Source: Chiloscyllium plagiosum (taxonomy: Eukaryota). From it: a stretch of 64,000 bases of DNA. Positions 1-12,195 of this stretch are shown in pieces. The position numbers and the translations under genes are program-made. Where the stretch lies: NCBI RefSeq assembly GCF_004010195.1, contig NC_057751.1:5729299-5793298 (forward strand). The letters run 5' to 3'. Below the pieces are notes generated by a model, which was not told the DNA's origin, did no database searches, and saw only the letters and a program-made list of their open reading frames with translations. The number at the start of each line of letters is the position of its first letter. Position 1 is the first letter of the stretch.

Positions 1-580
1 ATGTGCAATAGTACTTGTGTATGCGCCCAAAGATACATGCAAGCCCGCATATTCAGCATGTCCTGAATATACCCCGGGCTGATTGTGCCCGAGCAGTTCC
101 ATCTTTCCGATTTTCGGAACCATTTTATGTCCTTTCGCCGACTGAACGGGTTTGTTCAACTAGTGGAAGAAAACTAGAGGTGAACCTGATATCGGGTTCG
201 ATACAAATCTGCAATTCAAGGCGTCCAGACATTCCCACCCCTGAATGCCTCTGAGTGAGATAAATACACACTTCGCGGGAATGAGATCTGAGTACTAGAG
301 TCCGAGCTACCCTGAACTATCCTGTCTTAACTGACTGTATTTTACAACACTGGTCCCTGAAATGGTAGTTGCCGTTACTACCTGGCTGCTCACTTGTGTT
401 GGAAATTCCTGCCAAAACTTTTATTCGAGTAAAGTTTCCTTGTTTTGAAAACAATTTTATCCATTCAAGATACGAAGCTTAAAAAAAGCATCTCGCTGTT
501 AAGTAAGGAGATTTAAAATCTTAAATTCGAATCAGCTTCGCATTTGCGCCGGTACTTTTCATTTGGGGGTCGAAAAATTA

Positions 581-946
<366 letters not shown>

Positions 947-2944
947 TTATCACTGACTGGGACATATCTTTCACATTCTTCCAACCTCTTCAAGGCCTAC
1001 AATTTTACCTCGTCACTGATATTTGACTTTTTGGAAAAAATATCATTGTCTACAAGGTTGGAAACTCGCTTCTATATTTTTTCCCTCGATATTTGCAGAC
1101 AGCTCGTTTATTAAGTATTAAACACTGTATAAGACGTGCAATTTATGACTCAGATTACAACCTTCGTTTCGACAAATACATTTAAAGGACGTCGCCATTG
1201 CTGCACAGATTTTCGATATTGGCACCAATGATTTGCTCACCTTTGGTGGCAAACGGTAACATGGATCAGCACACAAAAGAAATAAATGTTTAATAAACTT
1301 CGGCCGGTCTTCTGGCGTATATTTTCTTAAAAGGTTAAAAACAACACAGAAACACTTTTTTTGTTGATAATCACAGAATAATCGGCACTGGTGGCGTTTC
1401 CGAGGCCGCTTCCCGAGAATATTTCGATTTGGAAAACGTGTAAAGTTTTACATTTCCCCTCTCTCTTTTATTTATATTTGCAAATCTTGCAATGAACCCA
1501 GAGTATGGTCTGCTCGGTTTCTGAAAAATAACCCCCGTACCTTCTCAACATCGAGTAATCCATAGCAAGGGACACTGAGTAAAACCAAGAGTAAAATATT
1601 GCTTTTTTAAACGCGTGGTTTTTCAAAAGTGGTATCTTGTTGATGAAAGCCGTTTCATGTTTGGTAATTTGGAAGGGGTAATTTGACATGATCAGTCTAA
1701 CTTATTAATTCAAATATTTATATTTATGTTAAGACTGCTGCAATGTATAAACTCCGGTCCGTCTTTTCAAATTACCTGAATATGAGAAGTGTTACTGTTC
1801 ACAGACGGGCTACTGCGTCTAATAGTGTCTGCCTTCGCTTCTTGCACACTGAAAATTCTCCCTGATTTTGTCACCTGGACGCTTTGGAAGGGCGAGCACG
1901 AGTGTGTGTTACTTTAACTCGAAAGTTATTGAGGTTAATCATTGTATCGGAAGTATTGCAACGTTCGCGTGGCGGCATTGTCAGGTTGTATCGCCATGAG
2001 TGTCGGGAGTTGACATGATCAGATCTGTGAGGAGCCCGTACCGAAATGACATTGTTGGCAATTTCTCTCATCTACACGCCGGCGCCAGTTTGAAAAAAAT
2101 ACTGTTCGTGTGCCTTGTAAAATGTTATTTTGTCACTCTAGCACTTCCCATAATTTTCGAATGTGTTTCGACTGTGTTTTTAAACAACGTACAGCTAGGG
2201 TTAGTATATTCTAACTGGAGCCAGAACTTGTGCCAAAGGTTACCGTTAATGTGGCCGCAGCTTTTAATTATCTCGAGACTTGAATTCATATCTTTAAACT
2301 AAGATTATGGTTGTATCTTGTGACTCGGGCTTAATTCATTCTCACAAGACGTAGCGCATTGAAATCACAGCAAGTTATTGATAGACAGGGTTACCCTGAT
2401 TGTGACCAGGGTGTGTTTCTGATGTGTTTGTTGTGAAAATCATTCAAATTAATTGCAAAATAATCGAGGAACTGCCCCGGAGTGCAGTCAAACCGTTGTT
2501 TAAATGGCTATTTCGTGGATGTGCCAACTTTATGTTTCTGGTGAATGAACAGAGTTTACGACTTGGGATTTAAATGTGCAGTACTTCCCGTGGGTGTAAA
2601 TATTGTTGGCTCCCAAACCAAAAGGAATTAACTCCAAACAGCGACCCCGTCGTCCCCGCTTCCGCCCCAACCACCACCCCCTCCCGTCCAACCACACAAT
2701 TAATTTCACGACTCAGGTTAATTTAGAATATATATTTTCCAAATCAATCCGTTCGTTCAAGTTCGGAGAAGCTGCAGAATGGGAGCAGCCGAGTCAATGG
2801 ATTCCGAAGCACTGTGTCAACAGTTTCTAATGGCGTCGGTATCCTTGCGAAATTTCAAACAAGGAATTCAGCGTTTAAAATTCGGCAATTTGGCAAAAGG
2901 ACAGTTGAAACTTGGGCACTTGTTAGGTCTCTCCCCAATCTTAC

Positions 2945-3116
2945 CTCCACTCTCACTGTTCGGCGTCCCGGCTAAATGCCTGATCCCGAAAGTACTATGA
3001 TTTCCAGATGATGAGTTTTGCAAAGACTTCAGAGATGTCGCTGCCATTGCTGTCCCCGCACCAGTTTCAATCAGGGGCAAAGATTCCGATCAAAAAGCAG
3101 GCTTCAAATGGTCCAT
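2945..3116 (-). CDS. pitx: Candidate proximal alternative first coding exon of the Pitx gene (Pitx1/Pitx2c-like position)
   Basis: Reads MDHLKPAF*SESLPLIETGAGTAMAATSLKSLQNSSSGNHSTFGIRHLAGTPNSESG, then GGA G|GTAAG donor at 2945/2944. Phase 1 joins in frame to the exon at 843 (G|GA). In-frame TGA at 3092-3090; a second in-frame ATG at 3047 has good context (gcaATGG). Confidence 0.7.
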
Positions 3117-3399
3117 GCAGATTTCTTTTTGAACAGACAATATTTTTCTTTTCTTGACTCCAACTTCTTATTCTGTCTGAAACGACTTGCACCTCAGGTC
3201 CTCTTACTCCCAGTTGCTAATTCCAAAGACTAGACTTTTTCCTGGCCGGTTCGATGGGACGTCTGTTTCTTTTTGCTGTCCATTTGGACAGACAGTAGTG
3301 GGGTCCAGAATAAAGCGAGCTGGATAAGTGGGGGTTGGAGGTGTAGAGGAGGTAGAAGCCAGGGAAGTAAGCAGAGGAAATCCCGCCTATGTATCCCAA

Positions 3400-3570
3400 C
3401 CAGCGTGTCGATTGGTGATTTCAGGCAGTTGGCCACCGAGCTGCCGGGCAGCGAAATCGTCGATTGGCTCCATAATCTGCCAGAAATGATTGATGGGTGA
3501 CGCTTTGTAGCCAAGCGGGTAAGCAGCTGTCGGAGCGGCTCTCGGAAGCTAAATGTCCCAATAGCCACAA
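3400..3570 (-). promoter_or_regulatory. Putative proximal promoter (CCAAT-box cluster) for the 2945-3116 exon
   Basis: GTCGATTGG occurs twice, 52 bp apart (3407-3415, 3459-3467), with another CCAAT at 3558-3562. CpG-rich and ~300 bp upstream of the ATG at 3116. Motif-level evidence only. Confidence 0.5.
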
Positions 3571-6500
3571 CAGTAGCTCTCTCCCACACAAATACCTGAA
3601 TGCTTCTCCAGACAACTATTTGAGTTTAGTTGCAACTTGCAACTTATTCCTGATCCACAATTTTTGTCAACGTTGAATCTAAAACAGATTAGGACTGTGT
3701 ACAGGCGGCAAAAGTGGTGGTGGGGGGAGGGGAATATCCTTTTTTTAAAAGAAGAGATATCTGCGGAGCATTTCAAGGCTGCGTTTTGTTTAGCGTATAT
3801 GTCGGAGACCTTGCCCCGGTTGAAACTGGTGTAAGAATAACTGCGCCCCAGACAACTAAACTACAAATGTAGCGCCAGGGCAGAAGAGCACTGGTTTGCA
3901 GCGTGGGTCTTGCCACTGATAATCTAATCACATTTTGTGGTTGATTTGTGTACACAAAGTGACGCCAGTGCTGCCATAAACTTTGTGTACAACCTCATTA
4001 ATCCAATCGATTTTGCTTAAACGGGACAAAGTTCAACTAATGTCACTTGGAATGAAAAGTTTGGTGTGACTTTATACTCTGGGCCAAACCACCATGATAT
4101 TGTAGCTCGTTTCGTTTATTATACGCTCGTTGTAAACATACAACTGGAGCCTCGGATGTGGAAAGATAAGCTCTCCTCACCAGGCTGATGTGCAGATGTC
4201 AACAATGTACAGCTGCTATAAGGTTTATTCTCGGAGGCGGAGAATTGCTGGGAATAGTTTCGCCTTCAAAACGGTGATGTCATGCTCCTGAACCTTTGGA
4301 ATGATTGAAGAATACAATCTGTTCATTTGGGTTTCTCAATTTAACCGGACAATTGTGGGAAGGAATGCCTTGTTAATGTTGTCAGGCCGTCAAGTCAGTT
4401 CTCCAAAGTACAGAAGCCCTCTCCAGTTCGGCTGATACAGCCTGGTTGCTGAGAGAGGGGAAAGGTGTCAAAACAGGTGAGGAAGTTCACGAGGGCTCGC
4501 TTCCCGCCATTCAGGCGCCAGAGTCTTTCTTTCAGGAGGGAAATTGATAGGGAGCACCAGAAGTGCTGTTCACGAGGGAGGCCATTCCTGAATGGTGGCC
4601 ACCTCGCGCTCGTTATACTCTTCGCAATGCTCTGAAGCAAAAAATGTACCAAAACTCAAGCGTGGGTCAGAAACCAGCCGCTCAGGAGGGGATGAGCAAA
4701 CAGTGGCTGACCGTCGCGGCAGAAAACCGGCTTGCTCCTCGCTCCATGGCGGCCAATGCCGGCGGGCTTTGAGTTATTCTGAGCGTCAACGTGTCACATT
4801 TTATCGTGTCCAGCAAGTATCAAGAACATGTTCGTTCGTTTCAAGGAATCAAGCGAATCCTTCTGCTTCCAAACGTCCTGCGGACATGATCGTCCTGCTC
4901 TAAAACTTAAAGGCTTTTCGAGTTTGGACAAGTGATGAAGTGCTGCATCATGGTAGAATCATATAGAGCATAGCCGCGGGCCAATCGGACACATTTTACC
5001 ATCTTTGGTAAAATAGTTGACTTAGTCCCACTCCCTTCAGCTCTGCGAACATTTAGGCCTTACAGGTCTACATTGCCTTTCTTTGTAGAAAACTATTTTG
5101 ACTCTGCTTCCACTAGCCTTTCAGGCTGTGCAGTCCAAATGGAAATAACGCGGAGTTCAAAAAAAACTTCTCGTCTTCTCTCCTTCGATTATTCGTTGAT
5201 ATTTGAGTTCTTGCGGTAGAAATTCTGGTGAATCTCATCAATTCCCCTTTCTTTGGACCTATACGTATAAAAGCAGGGTTTCTTTTACATAAATGTTTGC
5301 TTTTTCACACCGCGTTTGGATGGTCCTCTGATTTCCAGCTCTGTTACTCGTTTCACCGCCGTTCAAGAAAGTACTCCAAGGGCAAGGTAGAATCGGTTCT
5401 TTCACAGCAGTGTTCTCAGCCCTCCGACCTGAGCCAAGGCCATCTTCCTCAGCAATCTTTTACCCCCAAAGTCTGACGATGTTGCAGTGCTGACTATGCT
5501 ATGATTTAAACGATGCGAGGCAGAGAGCTGCGATTGTGCACGGAGGAAACGTGGGTATCTTCAAGGAGTGAATCGAAGGATGCATTTAATTATGGGGCGC
5601 ATTGGGGTGAATTTTGCCCAAAAAAAGGGCGAAGGGACACCCACTTATTCGGCCTTGTAGTATTTAGAAATATTATTTGGCTTGGCAGTGAGCGGCCTAG
5701 GCCCATATGATGCTGAAAACCAGTGCCCACATATAACTGTTTTCCCACTCTAAATGGGATTGATTTAAATATCGAAATGCAGCCACGTAATCAAAGAGTC
5801 GGTAAAAACACCGAACGAAATCGATGCAGTATATTTCCATATCTGAGCACCGTGATACCTCTTGCCTCTCCGATTTGGGTCGGAGTATCAGTGCAGAGCT
5901 CTCGCTTCCCATCAGAACAGATTGATAACTGCACCGAATTCCTTCTCCGTCTTCCAGCCCGCAATTCAACGACAGAGTCTGACGTGTCCTATTCGGGCTT
6001 TGTATTTTTAGAACCATTTTGTCGGAGCGTCCGTTGCCATTGAGAGCAATTCAAGTCATTCGTCTTCCCTGCCACACACATACATACACATACACACATA
6101 GACAAATCCCCTCAGTTCTCGGAGTAGGCTTTCAAAACAGATGAGAGAAACGATTCGTTTATCTGCCCCCCCTCCCCCCCCGCATGGATTCTCAACGCCT
6201 GATTTCACATGGGTACACTTTGTATCCGTTCTGCCGCCGATCGGGAAGCCGCCTTGCCCCGTGCCCCGCACGGTTTGTCGAATTGATGGATGAACTTTTC
6301 GACCAGGTACTCCCACTCATCCGGCATTGTTCCGTTCAAAAGCTAAGCCTGCATCTGCGGCAACAGTTTCTTGCCGGCGGCTCAGCCCGCAACCCAACCA
6401 GTTAGTTAGTGTGTTGCTCACAAACTTGCAGATGCTGTTTGCCTTTTTGCCTCCTCGGGAGTTCACCAAGTTGTGCAGACGCAGTCAGCAGAAGCCCCCC

Positions 6501-7320
6501 GACATCAGAGTGTACGGGCGAAGCGATATCGGGAACAACGAAAACCGGACTGATAGTGTTACATGACCGGCCTCTTCCTCTGTCTGGGGGTAAAACGCTG
6601 CGCATCCTGACCGCGGTCTTTGCCCCTTTTGAATGTGAAATATATTTCAGAAAAATGTCCGCTGCCAGCGGGCTTTTCAGCCTCAAGGCCTTGCAATATT
6701 CGCCTCACCGCTTTTTATTTTGAGACGCTATGGCAGTCATTTTTTTCGAAACTAAAACCCCTCCGAGGTTCACGCGCCCTGGCTCCTGTTTGCCATCAGA
6801 CCCAGGACCGTGTCTAACCCCCACCCTCCCCCGCGCCCCTGCAGCAGCACATGTTTTCTGCCTTAAAATTCTCATTTGGATCAAACCCACTGATGGATTG
6901 GTGCGGTGCGTGAAGTCAAGAACGGTGAGAGTCAATGACTTGCTGCCAAAGGGAAACAGTGTCGTGAAAATGCATCATTTCATGATCCGATCTGGGATTT
7001 TACTCTGCTATGTATTTAAAAAAAAACTGCCTTGAGAAATCATAAACCTCCACTGAGGCGGATTTCTCTCCATTATTCCTGAACTCAGGTGACCGTGGAA
7101 ATTAGCAATTACTGTAACCTAAAGGGAGACACTTACCGAGCGCACTCAGAATTTAGTACGCAAAATTCACTATTTCAAATAAAACACTATTACATTACCA
7201 AGTGTCTGGCGCTTGCTTGTTCTATTTAATTAATAATCAAGTCCTTTATTTTACAGAACACCTCGAAGTAAAGATACTCCCTTGCTTCGCGACAACAGGA
7301 GAAATTGCATCGGGTCTTTT

Positions 7321-7451
7321 TTATTCCTGATGAAGGGCTTTTGCCCGAGACGTCGATTTTACTGCTCCTCAGATGCTGCCTGAACTGCTGTGCTCTTCCA
7401 GCACCACTAATCCAGAATCTGGTTTCCAGAATCTGCAGTCATTGTTTTTAC
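7321..7451 (+). mobile_element. Short Penelope-derived 3'-terminal fragment with degenerate minimal hammerhead motif
   Basis: CTGATGA-A-GGGC-TTTT-GCCC-GAGA-CGTC at 7327-7354 (GAAA mutated to GAGA). The downstream sequence matches the 3' end of the Penelope-like element at 45731-45820. Confidence 0.8.
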
Positions 7452-8655
7452 ATAGTTTATACCGGTCAACACAGGGTGCATTAAACTCTTAGGAATGGAG
7501 CCCCGAACCTTTTTGCATTCACTGTTACGCGAACCGTATAACAAAAATTCTGACATGGTAATCATCGCATTTAATTGTCGGATGTACCGGCAGATTTTCT
7601 TGTTGGTGCAACATATTATATTACATCTGGGCGCCGTGCAGTCTTTGCCAGGTCTATCAACTGACACCAGTTCAACGAGTGGTGTTTTACTGGACTGCAA
7701 GCGACCAGGACTCACATCTGTCCGTTTAATTTATTACAAGCTTGCGGGGGAAAAAATCAGCAGCCAGTAAATCCAGTCACATTAGTAATCCAACCCTGCC
7801 CTGATGATAATTGCGACAGGACAGCTCGGTGTCTACTCAAAATAAAGACCCTTAATATTTATGAGGAGCCTTGCTAAAATAAAGTGTCCGTCCCCGCTTA
7901 TGTCCATTCCCCGTTCTGAAAAGATTTATAGCACAAAGCATGTGCAGTGCATTTTTGACACGACACGCTGTTGGATGGGAAACGGTTAATGCATTTTTGA
8001 GAATAATGTACATCGTTTCTTCTCGTTTCGTCTCTACTATGGTCCTACAATTCTACAATCCTGTGTAATTTTGTCTAGACGTCCCTTATTTCCATGGCCA
8101 GGCGCTTGTTTATGGACTGGCCTGTTATAGCTACGAGTGCAGTTTCTGATTCCGCTTTATCCTAGTGGTCAGCCTGCTCGGGAATATTTAAGGTTCAGTT
8201 GCACAGAGACGCGTAAGAGCAACATTTCAGTCTGAATCTTAACAGAATCATACCTTTCGAACCAGTGTTACATTAGCCGATCAAAATAGGGGATAACGCT
8301 TTTCTTTGTGATTTTCAAACATTTCTGAGCTGAAACAGGCCAGAATGCCAACCCGGTCGACAAGCCGGATGCAACTCAATGTAGATAATGTACATTCAGC
8401 AGTTGACTGATCTCGTAGATGTTAAATGCACAAAACCCCGACAACTTAAACCCGTCGCATTTCGTTTGTTCATGTCAAAAGCAACACAGCAAAAAGTCGA
8501 ATTAATGTGCAGTAAGGAATCTGCCGTGTATTGGGATTTAACAAGATTCCTTTTGTTGGTGGGAGGGTTGACTTGCCATCGACTTTGGGACAGGATGTGT
8601 GAATGACCCTTTTCCTGCGTTTCCGCGAGTTTCTTCATCACCGCTATTTCCTTAC

Positions 8656-8779
8656 CGCACTTTTCCTGATGGCTGGAACAGTTGACCGTCCTCGAACCCG
8701 TCGCTCCTCCTGAACTGCTCAGCTTCTGCGTTGGACATCCTGAGTCGGTAAGTTCAACTGTGCCAAATGCAAATTCCAT
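8656..8779 (-). CDS. pitx: Candidate distal alternative coding exon of the Pitx gene (exon 8794-8656, ATG at 8779)
   Basis: Acceptor TTTGCAG| at 8795/8794, ATG 15 nt inside. Encodes MEFAFGTVELTDSGCPTQKLSSSGGATGSRTVNCSSHQEKC, then TGC G|GTAAG donor at 8656/8655; phase 1, in frame with exon 843. The MEF start recalls Pitx3 and VELTDS recalls VEFTDS of the Pitx2b exon (from memory). Confidence 0.72.
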
Positions 8780-11479
8780 TCGAAGAAGTTGATCCTGCAA
8801 ACAGTACAGAGCAGTGTTAAAAGTGGCGAGAACATAAGCAGCTGGTGTGACACAGCTCACGGTGACACGAATAATTTCTCTGGACAAATTATAGATAATA
8901 TGTCATTATTTATATTGTTTTCATTCTATTTGTATTATGCATATATAAATATTAGCACAAATAATATACGCATAAAATATGTTGACTGTTCTGTCACCAA
9001 TACCAGTTAAATGTCTCGAAATATTCACACGCGTCCATATCTTGTTCTGGTGTGAACTGGTGCGATCGTAATAAACGACACTTGCACGATGCTCCATATC
9101 GAAGAAATTCGATTGTTTGCAAGTGTGTACCGGCTCCGAAAATATCTGCTCTAATTCGCAGCCCTGCTCAAAGACATAACCTCAGACTTGAGAACAACTC
9201 ACACATCATCAGGATACTGTCAGAATGTGACCTCACTGCTGCACGCTGTGGGATTTGCCTGGCTGATAGTTTATGTTTTCGGATTGGTAATATTTTAACT
9301 GAGAAGGTCGGCAACCACAACTGCGCACACAAGGCAAGGTCTCTCTCGTTCCTGCGTTGTAAATCTTCTTTATTGGAATGACTACAGCAACAAATCAGCG
9401 TCACATTTCCTGCAAGACCAGTAGCTACCTGCCAGTTAATGTCAGTCAGAAAACAGCTATTCCGCCTTTGCTGTTATGTATACATCGAAGGCGAACGCAT
9501 GTCTACAATTTTGCAGAAAGCCACGGTCCAGCTAAGTTTTTGACTGAGCCATGAGCACCAATGCTGGCACCTGTCTGTTTGTCGGCTTCCCAATTCAATG
9601 TGTATTTTACACAATCCTGCTAAATGGTAACATTCCACGCTGCTTATTGACCGATTGGCATCGCTTAACAGTTTCCTTATCTAAACTCGAAAGAGGGAGT
9701 CTTGTCAAATAAGAGTTACCAGGAGGAAGTTTCGGACAACTTTTGAAACCGTGTTCTTTTTGCAAGATGTGAGCACCGCCGGCACCGTGGAAGGGGTCAT
9801 TGTCAACATAGATGTCCTCCAACTCCCCCCACCACCCCCAACCCACCCCCACGACTCGCACCCCGTCGAGTTTAACAACATTGAATCGGCGGGACATGAA
9901 GTGTTAACTAAATCGAGGACCCAAGTGGTTCAGCGAAATTACCAAGTACAGTACAATAGGGGGAATAAGTCAGGCCAGCAGTTTCTGTTTCATTTCCCTC
10001 GGAATGCCTGTCCAGCCAGTCGCCCGATTGTAGACTTTCAATGTGGGGGCCCACGTTAAGGGCCAGAGAAACAGGAGTCCCTCTACACTTGCACGCAGGT
10101 CAGCACTTTCGCCTCGTGCTCAATTCAGTCAGAGATTGTCTTGGAGACCCCATTCTCAGCAAGGAATCACCACATTCCGCAGAGAAGGAGGACAGCAAAT
10201 TTGAACATGCACAATTGTTTTGAAAAAGTATTTTGTTGTTCAAACACCCCCGTTCAAGCTTTTCGGTTTCGCGCTGCAATAAATACCGAGAGAGAATGTA
10301 ATTTACCTGTATCAACCCGACCCCACAACTGAATCAGTAGAACTGTATAATCTGAACCTTTTGTTTTAACATGCAAAGACTTGCAACGTTATAATGTAAT
10401 TTCAAAGAAAAATGCCTTTTAAAGGCGTGTATCAATTATTAAAGTCACATTTGCTGTCGGGATGACTTCTGACGCAGGTTGGGTTTCTACAATATAAGAC
10501 CCTGTATATTTACCAGATGATTGGACTAGTTAGCAAACAGAAAAGGTGGAGACCTGAATGGGGAGGGGACTGAAAGACACATTTGCATCGCGCATCAGAA
10601 TTAATTTTGAGGATTTGACTTGATTAAGATGTCTGTCAGTTCGCAATTCAGAAAACTCATTATGGGACTTGGAGCCAAGAGGCTATTGCTAGGCCAGATG
10701 GAATTACTGTTCAATGTTTGCAGATGATAATTTGTGCTTTCAGCCCCGGATTTGCATATATGGCATCTGTCAAGTGCCTTTCTCCCTCATTTAAAAATAA
10801 CTTTGAACTGCCACCGTGTTTCCTAATAAGGGGGTCGAGGATATATTACCAGCTTCCTTTCATTTTCAAGTCACATTGGTTGCATAGAGCAGCATGAATA
10901 TTAATGAAGCTGATGAAGTCGTCCCATGTCAATACTTCTGAATTCGTGTCGAACAACTACCGTAACCTTTTTGTTTTGCGACGGTGCCCCACACACTAAT
11001 GGGACGGTTGTCGAAAAAACTGTTCTTTCTCCTCAGAAGGAGCAATGAGGGACCCAGGCTTTATCTCATCCAGAATGCACAGGTCTTTGGCAGGGGCTGG
11101 GTTTGGTGGTGATGACTTGCAGAGGTCATTGAAAATATGATGAATCTATTTGTTTTCAGCTGTGTATATCTGCACCATCCGCCTTCACACTTATGTAAAG
11201 TGAGCAACGGTGAATTCGATTGAAATAGTACCATTTGGGAAAATACAGGGAAAAAAACACTTGGAAATATCCCATCCAAATTCGTGTTACCCAGCGATGA
11301 AAATTTCTTACTAAAGAAATGAAAGGGATTTTCGATCACCGAAATGTAAATATTAATTACAGAATTTTTGTTTTGTTCTTCTTCGCTGCAGACGAACGTC
11401 TCCCCAACTGAGAAAGAATCTGAGAGTTCATGTGAAATTCCTGGTGGCAGACTCTGCTCCCTCTCTGTGAGTTCACAAT

Positions 11480-11790
11480 GAGAATCCACAAGCCCGGACC
11501 AATCAAAACCTTAATCCAAAGGGTGCCTGCGACCAAGGCTTTTTCCATTGGGGGCGCCCTCTGCTCCAACTTGCAGGCGGGGAGCTGATCTCACCTCGGG
11601 GAATCTCAATTCTGTCCCAACTGAGAGAAACCGAATTCTCCAGGCGAACGAACCGGATCTGAGCTCATATAAATACTGAGCCAATGGGGCTGTTGTTTGG
11701 GACACCTGTCCTGATAATATACAGTACTGTGATAAATGTTACTGACCATTTCCTTACCTTTCGCGACAATCCATGACGGGGCAACCCGAA
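11480..11790 (-). promoter_or_regulatory. Putative distal promoter and non-coding first exon(s) of the Pitx gene
   Basis: CCAAT at 11681-11685 and TATA-like element at 11668-11675. Minus-strand donors GAG|GTGAGA (11595/11594) and AAG|GTAAGG (11758/11757). TAATCC at 11512-11517 and AATCCACA at 11483-11490. Motif evidence only. Confidence 0.45.
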
Positions 11791-11969
11791 CGCAGTTGTA
11801 TATGGGAGGGTCAGGACAGCGAAGATGCAGGAGGTGTGTGTCTCTGAGAGATGTTGAGAAAATATCAACTGCAATTGTCACAGGAGTATAGCTCACTCCT
11901 TCTATCTGTGAGTGCTCAGGCAGGACAAGGTTTAAATAGTCCTGAAACATCTGACGTCTGAACGAAAAT

Positions 11970-12195
11970 GAAACAAGAAACTGAGGATGCTGGAAATATG
12001 AGTCAAAATATTGGAGACACTCAGCCAGTTTGGCAGCTTCGAAAGAGAGAGAAACGGAGCTAATGTCATGAGACTTGTGGCTCCAGTGCTGACGAAGACC
12101 AGACTCGAAATGTTAAAATCTGTTTCTCTCTCCCCAGAACCTGCCAGACTTAGTAAGTTTCTTTCTCCAGCACTTGCTGTTTTTCTTACATTTGG
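11970..12195. mobile_element. Old, imperfectly palindromic Penelope-derived insert with hammerhead-like remnant
   Basis: Arms are loosely self-complementary (gagagagaaacggag vs ctgtttctctctc). CTGACGA at 12089-12095 and GAAATGTT at 12107-12114. Confidence 0.55.

Noticed and set aside
2770..2850. Minus-strand PLE and SASESIDS peptides resembling Pitx1 PLENSASESSD
   Set aside because: They lie in different frames, downstream of the strong donor at 2944, with no splice signals; cannot be supported.
7125..10312. Additional minus-strand donor-like sites (TCG|GTAAGT near 7136, CTG|GTAACT near 9719, CAG|GTAAAT near 10306)
   Set aside because: No convincing paired acceptor or conserved reading frame; needs transcript data.
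11061..11489. ORF starting (V)DSHCEL, reminiscent of the fish Pitx2a start MDSHCRKL
   Set aside because: Starts at GTG, similarity stops after a few residues, and there is no phase-compatible donor at the expected distance; treated as chance or unprovable.
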